Positions 57,746 to 64,000 of a stretch of DNA of 64,000 nucleotides are shown here, piece by piece (positions within the stretch are counted from its first letter, which is position 1; the number at the start of each line of letters is the position of its first letter). Source of the DNA: Nitrosopumilus sp. (lineage in GTDB: Archaea > Thermoproteota > Nitrososphaeria > Nitrososphaerales > Nitrosopumilaceae). The translations under genes were made by a program, and so were the position numbers. The notes below the pieces were generated by a model. That model did not search any database, had not been told where the DNA came from, and was given only the letters and a program-made list of their open reading frames with translations. The stretch lies in NCBI GenBank assembly GCA_965207075.1, contig CBDBLO010000002.1, forward strand, positions 1,792,001-1,856,000. Direction: 5' to 3'.

Positions 57746-59055
57746 TGCCTGCCATAACGGCGGTAAGGGGCCGTCTCGTATACAACAGCAGGGGCAGTCC
57801 CACCATAGAAGTCGACATTACGACAGATGACAGGCACGCGGGCAGGGCCGCTGCGCCCTCCGGCGCAAGCGTCGGGATCCACGAGACGGCAAGCTTTCCG
57901 GAGGGTGGCGTGGCCGCGAGCCTCCAGATACTCAACGACAACGCCGGCAGGATATCGGGCGCGGACCCCGGGGACGTGGGCGCCATGAACAAAGTAATCA
58001 GGGAGATCGACCCGGAGCCGGGGTACCCCAAGATGGGCGGCAGCCTCGCCTTTGCGCTGAGCATAGCGGCCGCGGAGTCCGCGGCCAAGTCAGCAGGCAA
58101 GCCGCTCTACAGGTTCCTGGGGGAGCAGGCGCCACTGGCATCCACTTCGTCGTCGCCGTCAGCGTCGTCGTCGTCGTCGGCAAAGCGATACAGGTTCCCG
58201 TTCCCGCTTGGAAACATACTGGGCGGGGGGGCGCACGCTGGACCCGGGACGCCTGACATACAGGAGATCCTGATCTGCGCCGCGGGCTCGGACACCGTAC
58301 AGGACGCCATACGGACAAACCTCGAGGTCCATTCGGAGCTTCGCAGGGTCCTGCAGAAACTGGATCCCGGCTTTTCGGGCGGAAAGGGAGACGAGGGCGG
58401 ATGGGCCCCCAAGCTCGACAATGAAAGGGCGCTGCAGGCAGCTGCCAAGGCATGCGAGAACCTGGGGTTTACGCTCGGCAGGGAGGTCTCGCTTGGCGTC
58501 GACTTTGCATCGTCCACCCAGTGGGACGCGTCAAGGTCAAGGTACGTGTACGACAGGGCCGGCTTTGAGAACGACCCGGGGGAGCAGATCGAGTTTGCGT
58601 CGGATTTGATATCCAGGTTCAAGCTGATATACGCGGAGGACGCCGTACACGAGGAGGCGTTTGAGGACATGGCGCAGATAAGGGCGCGCTTCCCGGACGT
58701 GCTGGTTACGGGCGACGACCTCACCGTTACGAACGCGGCCATACTCGAAAAGGCGGCGCGCGGCGGATCCTGCAACGCGGCGATACTAAAGGTCAACCAG
58801 GCGGGCGGGCTCTACGACGCGCTCGAGTTTGCCGCGGCGGGCGCCAGAAACGACATCAGCCTCGTGACATCCCACCGCTCCGGGGAGTCCACCGAGTCGC
58901 ACATCTCGCACATAGGGATAGCGACGGGATCAAAGATGCTCAAGGTCGGGGTGGTAGGCGGCGAGAGGGTGGCAAAGCTCAACGAACTGCTCAGGATTGC
59001 AGAGTCCCAAGACGGCACGGAGCATGATTTAATACAAGGCATGGCAGAGTTGTGA
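57745..59055 (+). CDS. eno: Enolase
   Basis: NSRG.PTIEV, APSGAS.G.HE, GDEGG, GDDL, LKVNQ, SHRSGE, ERVAKLNEL. Confidence 0.96.
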   Translation: MPAITAVRGRLVYNSRGSPTIEVDITTDDRHAGRAAAPSGASVGIHETASFPEGGVAASLQILNDNAGRISGADPGDVGAMNKVIREIDPEPGYPKMGGSLAFALSIAAAESAAKSAGKPLYRFLGEQAPLASTSSSPSASSSSSAKRYRFPFPLGNILGGGAHAGPGTPDIQEILICAAGSDTVQDAIRTNLEVHSELRRVLQKLDPGFSGGKGDEGGWAPKLDNERALQAAAKACENLGFTLGREVSLGVDFASSTQWDASRSRYVYDRAGFENDPGEQIEFASDLISRFKLIYAEDAVHEEAFEDMAQIRARFPDVLVTGDDLTVTNAAILEKAARGGSCNAAILKVNQAGGLYDALEFAAAGARNDISLVTSHRSGESTESHISHIGIATGSKMLKVGVVGGERVAKLNELLRIAESQDGTEHDLIQGMAEL

Positions 59056-59060
59056 AATCC

Positions 59061-59744
59061 ATGAGTAGCCAACAGCAGCAGCCCCCGGAGGCAGAATCAC
59101 CACAACAGCAGCAGCAGCAGCAACAGCAGTCCCTGGAGACCACCGACATACAGAAAAAGATACTCGTAACCGGAATCAGGGTCGGGACGCAGGTAAAGAC
59201 AAAGTTCATGAGGCAGTTCATCACAAAGGCCAGCACTGACGGCCTCTACATGCTTGACCTGGACAAGACGTTTGAGAGGATAAAGACGGCAGCCAAGTTC
59301 ATCAACAGGATCGGGGCGGAGAACCTCATAGTGTGCTCTGCAAGGCAGTACGCCGCGACGCCCATCGAAAAGTTCTGCGAGAGGCTCAACTCAAAGATGC
59401 TGACCGGAAGGTTCATGCCGGGCACGCTGACAAACCCGTCGCTGCCGTACTATATCGAGCCCAAGCTCGTGCTAGTCTCGGATCCCCAGATGGACGAGCA
59501 GGCCGTAACGGAGGCCAAGAACGCGGGAATACCCGTCATCGGGATTGCAAACACCGACAACATCACGTCGGATCTCGACCTGATAATACCTGCAAACAAC
59601 AGGGGGCGCAAGGCGCTGGCCACCATCTACTGGCTGCTCGTGCGCCAGATCATGATAGAGCGCGGCGAGATCGGCGAGAACGACCCGGTGGGCTTTGAGA
59701 TCGACGACTTTGAGACAAAGGCAAACGAGGAAGACATCGAGTAG
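59061..59744 (+). CDS. rps2: 30S ribosomal protein S2 with N-terminal polyQ
   Basis: GRFMPGTLTNP, IPANNRGRKAL. Confidence 0.96.
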   Translation: MSSQQQQPPEAESPQQQQQQQQQSLETTDIQKKILVTGIRVGTQVKTKFMRQFITKASTDGLYMLDLDKTFERIKTAAKFINRIGAENLIVCSARQYAATPIEKFCERLNSKMLTGRFMPGTLTNPSLPYYIEPKLVLVSDPQMDEQAVTEAKNAGIPVIGIANTDNITSDLDLIIPANNRGRKALATIYWLLVRQIMIERGEIGENDPVGFEIDDFETKANEEDIE

Positions 59745-59917
59745 GCCCGCGGCGTCAGGAACGCACGCGCATTATTTCCGGCGGCGCGCCAGCGTCATTA
59801 TTGCATGGCAGCAATGGTAGCAGCATCACCACGACGCCAAGGCTGCGGAGACGGCGGCGTCTGAGAGAAGAGGATAAAGGACAACATCAATAATAGCACA
59901 AAAAAACACGGCAAGAT

Positions 59918-61000
59918 ATGGGCATGCAGGATGGCGCCAAGATGGGTGTTGGCGGTGGACGGATAGTCGCGTCCGCGCCCGGCAAGGTCATACTGTTCGG
60001 CGAGCACTTTGTCGTGTACGGCTCGAGCTCCATACTGTGCGCAATAGACAGGCGCGTGCACGTGGGGGCCGCAAAGTCAGACGGCGTGCGGATAACCTCC
60101 GAGCTGGGAACGCTGGAGTGCGAGTCGTTTAGCCGCGACGCGGCAGACGTGGATCCCGTCCTGAGGCCCCTGTACCACATAGCAAAGGAGGCCTGCAGGA
60201 TGGCGGGACGCAGCGGCGGGGGGATCACGCTTGACGTAAAGTCCGAGATACCGCCCGGCGCGGGCCTCGGCTCGTCCTCGGCGTGCTGCGTCGCGGGAGC
60301 AGCCGCTGCCCTCGGAGTCCTGGGGCAGCACCCCGGGCACAATACGGGCACCATCATACGCGTCGCGGCCGAGGCCGAGAGGACGGCGTTTCCAAACGCG
60401 TCGGGGGCGGATACGGCCGCGTCGGCCCTGGGGGGGATGATCACATACGACATCAAGTCAGGATGGGCCGCAATAAGGCGGCATAAAGGGGGCCCCGGGT
60501 TCGGGCTCGTCGTGTCCGATTCCGGAATCAAGCACAACACGGAGTCGGTAGTCGGGATGGTCTCAGGGTTCAGGAGAGATCATCCCGAAGAGTTCGAGGA
60601 GCTGAGCCGGATGGAGTCCAGGCTGGTCTCAGACGTCACCGAACTGCTGGTATCCGGGGCGCTGCTGGATGGTGTGGCGGGATCGCCAGAGCCGCCAGAG
60701 CCGCCCCAAGCCGCCAAGCACGGCGGCGGGGAGTCTACTGCATCCATGCTGGGCAGGTGGGCCTCGCTCAACCAGTCATACCTGAGCAGGATAGGCGTCT
60801 CAAACGCCAAGCTAGACGAGATGATAGACGAGATGGACGGGGTCACTCACGGCTCCAAGATCACGGGCGCAGGCGGCGGGGGCTGCGCCATTGCGTTTAC
60901 GGATCCGGACGGCATGGAGGGCGCGGCCGCGGATTTGGCATCCAGAGGGCACGACTGCTTTGCGGCCGGCATAGACTACAGCGGATGCACCGCGGTTTGA
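59918..61000 (+). CDS. mvk: Mevalonate kinase
   Basis: APGKVILFGEHFVVYG, P.GAGLGSSSA, SGAD, KITGAGGGGC. Confidence 0.95.
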   Translation: MGMQDGAKMGVGGGRIVASAPGKVILFGEHFVVYGSSSILCAIDRRVHVGAAKSDGVRITSELGTLECESFSRDAADVDPVLRPLYHIAKEACRMAGRSGGGITLDVKSEIPPGAGLGSSSACCVAGAAAALGVLGQHPGHNTGTIIRVAAEAERTAFPNASGADTAASALGGMITYDIKSGWAAIRRHKGGPGFGLVVSDSGIKHNTESVVGMVSGFRRDHPEEFEELSRMESRLVSDVTELLVSGALLDGVAGSPEPPEPPQAAKHGGGESTASMLGRWASLNQSYLSRIGVSNAKLDEMIDEMDGVTHGSKITGAGGGGCAIAFTDPDGMEGAAADLASRGHDCFAAGIDYSGCTAV

Positions 61001-61035
61001 ATACTTTTTTAACCGAATGCCCGGAAGATGCATAA

Positions 61036-61881
61036 TTGATTCTCATAAAACTGGGGGGCTCGGTGATAACCGACAAGTCAAAGCCGCTCTCCGCGTCGAG
61101 GTCCAAGATTGCCAGCATGGCAAGGGCGATTGCAAAAATCGAGGAGCCGGCAATCATAGTGCACGGAGGGGGGTCGTTTGGACACTACTGGTCAGTCAGG
61201 TACGACATGCACACTGCAGAGCGCGACTATGACCCGAAGGGCGTCTCGGTGGTAAAGAACTCCATGGTGCAGCTGAACCTGATAATCCTAGAGGAACTGC
61301 TCAGGGGCGGCCTCAGGCCCTACGCGATGGCCCCCTCTGGGTTCATGACAGGTCCGAGGCCCATCCCCTCAAGGGTGCGCGAGGTTGCAGACATAGCCGT
61401 CGCATCGGAGATGACCCCCGTCACGTACGGGGACGCGGTATGGTACGGGGACGGCTCCAAGACGTACATCCTGTCCGGCGACAAGATAATGTCACATGTG
61501 GCGCGCATTGCAAGGCCGAGGCTCTGCGTATTTGCGCTCGCCGAGGACGGGCTCTATACGGACATGGAGTCAAAGAGGCTGGTAGAGCGCGTACCCGCGG
61601 GCGCGGGCCTGGCGGCGGCATCAGACCTCAGCTCCACAAGGGGCGGCGCGATGGACGTGACGGGCGGAATGGCGCGCAAGGTGGCAGAGGCCGCCCGCAT
61701 TGCCGGATACGGCATACAGGTCGCGCTTGTAAACGGCAACCATCCAAGAAGGATACGCGACGCGGCGGCATCCGGGGGGTTCCGGGGGACGCTCTTCGAG
61801 GCAGACACCGCCACAAAGGACGGGAAAAGGAAAAAAAGTAAAAGGACGGCATCCAAGAAGGCCAAGAGGAGGATCAAGTAG
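61036..61881 (+). CDS. ipk: Isopentenyl phosphate kinase
   Basis: KLGGSVITDK, VHGGGSFGH, SGD, DVTGGM..KV. Confidence 0.94.
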   Translation: MILIKLGGSVITDKSKPLSASRSKIASMARAIAKIEEPAIIVHGGGSFGHYWSVRYDMHTAERDYDPKGVSVVKNSMVQLNLIILEELLRGGLRPYAMAPSGFMTGPRPIPSRVREVADIAVASEMTPVTYGDAVWYGDGSKTYILSGDKIMSHVARIARPRLCVFALAEDGLYTDMESKRLVERVPAGAGLAAASDLSSTRGGAMDVTGGMARKVAEAARIAGYGIQVALVNGNHPRRIRDAAASGGFRGTLFEADTATKDGKRKKSKRTASKKAKRRIK

Positions 61882-61882
61882 A

Positions 61883-62593
61883 ATGACTGCAGCCGCGAAC
61901 GCCACGATTGCCACTGCCACTACCGCTGCCGCGGGCCAGGACAAGCCGCATGCGGAGTACGTAATACTGGTCGACGAGCACGACAACCCCATCGGTAGGG
62001 AGGAAAAGGTCAGGTGCCACCTGCCCGACGGCAAGCTGCACAGGGCGTTTACCGCCCTGCTCTTTGAGGAGAAGAGCGGCGGCCTGATACTGGGACGGCG
62101 CGCGGGGGAGAAGATGCTCTGGCCAGGATACTGGGACGGCACCTTTGCAAGCCATCCGCGCGAGTCGGAGACCTACGTGTCCTCATGCCAGAGGAGGATG
62201 CCAGAGGAGCTCGGGATTACGGCCGAGTTTGACTATTTGCACAAGTTCGAGTACCACGTGCCGTACAGGGACATAGGATCCGAGAACGAGATATGCGGCA
62301 CGCTGGTCGGCACCATACGCGACGCGTCAGACGTGGTGCAGATAAGGGGAGAGATAGACGGGGTCCGCACCGTGTCGGCAGGCCAGATGGCGGCCGACGC
62401 GGCCGAGAACCCCGGCGCATACTGCCCATGGATGCTGGTGGCCCTGTACCTGCTTGACAGATCCGACCGCGCGGCGCTCGAAAAGCACTCCGGAATACTG
62501 GACCCGTGGATGACCGCGGAGGTAAAGGACTCTCTTCTTGACGCCATATCAAGCCACATGCCAAAAGAGTCCTGGAGGCTGGCGGGGCAATGA
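61883..62593 (+). CDS. idi: Isopentenyl-diphosphate delta-isomerase, type 1 (Nudix fold)
   Basis: ILVDE.D..IG..EK..CH, LHRAF, ASHP, EELGI, ENEIC, CPW. Confidence 0.93.
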   Translation: MTAAANATIATATTAAAGQDKPHAEYVILVDEHDNPIGREEKVRCHLPDGKLHRAFTALLFEEKSGGLILGRRAGEKMLWPGYWDGTFASHPRESETYVSSCQRRMPEELGITAEFDYLHKFEYHVPYRDIGSENEICGTLVGTIRDASDVVQIRGEIDGVRTVSAGQMAADAAENPGAYCPWMLVALYLLDRSDRAALEKHSGILDPWMTAEVKDSLLDAISSHMPKESWRLAGQ

Positions 62594-63648
62594 AGAAGGC
62601 GGGGGCGCGGGGCAATGGCATTGGCGGCGGCAGCGGCGCGGGCCACGGCATGAAGAGGACCGCCCGCGCGGTGGACGCGCACCTAACAAGGAGCCTGGCC
62701 GGAAGCCCCGACGAGCTGTACAGGGCGGCAAGGCACCTGATCATACACGGTGGAAAGCGCCTGAGGCCCTACATGGTGATAAAGAGCTGCCAGATACTCG
62801 GAGGCAGCGTGGCAGACGCCCGCCGGGCGGCGTCGGCAGTAGAGATGGTGCATAACTTTACCCTGCTTCACGACGACATAATGGACAACGACGACGTGCG
62901 CCACGGCGTGCCCACCGTCCACAAGAGATTCGGCGTGCCGGTGGCCATACTTGCAGGCGACATACTCTTCTCAAAGGCGTACCAGACGCTTGCCGGAAGG
63001 GGGAGCAGGAGAGGCGCCGGGCCTGACGACCCCAAAAGGGAGAGGCAGACGCACGAGCTCGTGTCGCGCCTTGCGACGGCGTGCGTTGACGTGTGCGAGG
63101 GCCAGATGCTCGACATCAAAATGGCAGAGGCAAAGAGGCTGCCGTCCCAAAAGGAGTACATTACGATGATAGGCAAAAAGACCGCGGCCCTCTTTGACGT
63201 GTCGTGCGCTATGGGCGCCATATGCGCCGGCGCGGGGGCGTCGGATGTCAAGAACCTCTCGCGGTTCGGGCGCAGTCTCGGAATCGCATTCCAGATAACA
63301 GACGATCTGATAGGGGTGACGGGCGACGCGTCAGTCACGAAAAAACCCGTGGGAAACGACATCAGGGAAGGCAAGAAATCGCTTCCCATACTGATGGCAA
63401 TCAAGGCGTCGTCCGGCACCAAGCACCGGAGGACCATATCAAGAGCGTTTGGTAACCCGCGCGCATCAAGGCCCATGCTTGACAGCGCAGTCGAGTCCGT
63501 ACGCGAGCTCGGGGTGGAAGAGAGGGCAAGGAAGATGGCCATGCGGCACGCGGAGAAGGCAAGGGACAGCCTGGCATCCTATCCAAACAGGAGGGCAAGA
63601 AGGGAGCTAGAGGCTCTGCTGGACTTTGTCGTAAAGAGAAGTGTGTGA
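62590..63648 (+). CDS. Geranylgeranyl diphosphate synthase (polyprenyl synthetase)
   Basis: GGKRLRP, LHDDIMD, GQMLD, KTAALF, FQITDDL, DIREGKK. Confidence 0.95.
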   Translation: MKKAGARGNGIGGGSGAGHGMKRTARAVDAHLTRSLAGSPDELYRAARHLIIHGGKRLRPYMVIKSCQILGGSVADARRAASAVEMVHNFTLLHDDIMDNDDVRHGVPTVHKRFGVPVAILAGDILFSKAYQTLAGRGSRRGAGPDDPKRERQTHELVSRLATACVDVCEGQMLDIKMAEAKRLPSQKEYITMIGKKTAALFDVSCAMGAICAGAGASDVKNLSRFGRSLGIAFQITDDLIGVTGDASVTKKPVGNDIREGKKSLPILMAIKASSGTKHRRTISRAFGNPRASRPMLDSAVESVRELGVEERARKMAMRHAEKARDSLASYPNRRARRELEALLDFVVKRSV

Positions 63649-63651
63649 GCG

Positions 63652-64000
63652 ATGGCATCAGAATCATCGCCATCAGAGTCGATGCCATCAGAGTCGCCGC
63701 CGTCCAAACAACCACATACGGAACCCGGCATGAATGACGCGGACAACGGCGGCAGTGACGAGCAGCTGAAGGCCCACATCACGTACCTGGCGCTGGAGAA
63801 CGCCGCGGCGCACGGCGGCCGGACCAGGGACAAGAACATACTGGGAAAGATACTCGGGACAAGGCAGGATCTCCGCGACTCGATTCCCAGGGTGTCAAGA
63901 ATCGTGGCAGACGTGGTGTCGCAGGTAAACGCCATGCCTGCCGACGAGCAGGGCAGAAGGCTGGAGGCGGCAAGGCGGCAAGCGGGCACGCCGCAGGCAG
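63652..64000 (+). CDS. gltX: Glutamate--tRNA ligase, N-terminal part (runs off window)
   Basis: Manual translation ...ALENAAAHGGRT....ILGKILG....LR..., like the archaeal GluRS N-terminus; usual position after GGPPS. Confidence 0.8.
   Translation, partial: MASESSPSESMPSESPPSKQPHTEPGMNDADNGGSDEQLKAHITYLALENAAAHGGRTRDKNILGKILGTRQDLRDSIPRVSRIVADVVSQVNAMPADEQGRRLEAARRQAGTPQA

Overview
Chromosomal segment of a GC-rich ammonia-oxidising archaeon (Nitrososphaerota, Nitrosopumilaceae-like; a Cenarchaeum-like host-associated lineage is plausible, but this is inferred). The assignment rests on archaeal gene content and order (rpoN-eno-rps2-mvk-ipk-idi-GGPPS-gltX, purS-purQ-purL-purF, ahcY-metG, pdaD, SelB-like protein) and on repeated 'IPxWIKxNAxWW' surface domains. 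Housekeeping blocks cover purine, Tat, aminoacyl-tRNA synthetase, tetrapyrrole (hemL-hemC-cobA-hemD) and isoprenoid genes, plus tRNA-Thr(TGT) and tRNA-Leu(GAG). Accessory material includes: a lower-GC RelBE-like toxin-antitoxin pair whose toxin is frameshifted in an A9 run; a tandem array of eight TTAG-N6-CTAA operator-like units upstream of a small membrane protein; a ~1700-aa DUF285/Ig-like/P-domain secreted protein; an NHL-HYR-RTX protein; and a pstSCAB-phoU, MBL-hydrolase, arsR/arsC/aquaporin cluster with candidate operators. Many core enzymes carry low-complexity insertions. No CRISPR array, rRNA, transposase, integrase or reverse transcriptase was seen. All calls come from reading motifs by eye, and several start codons are best estimates.
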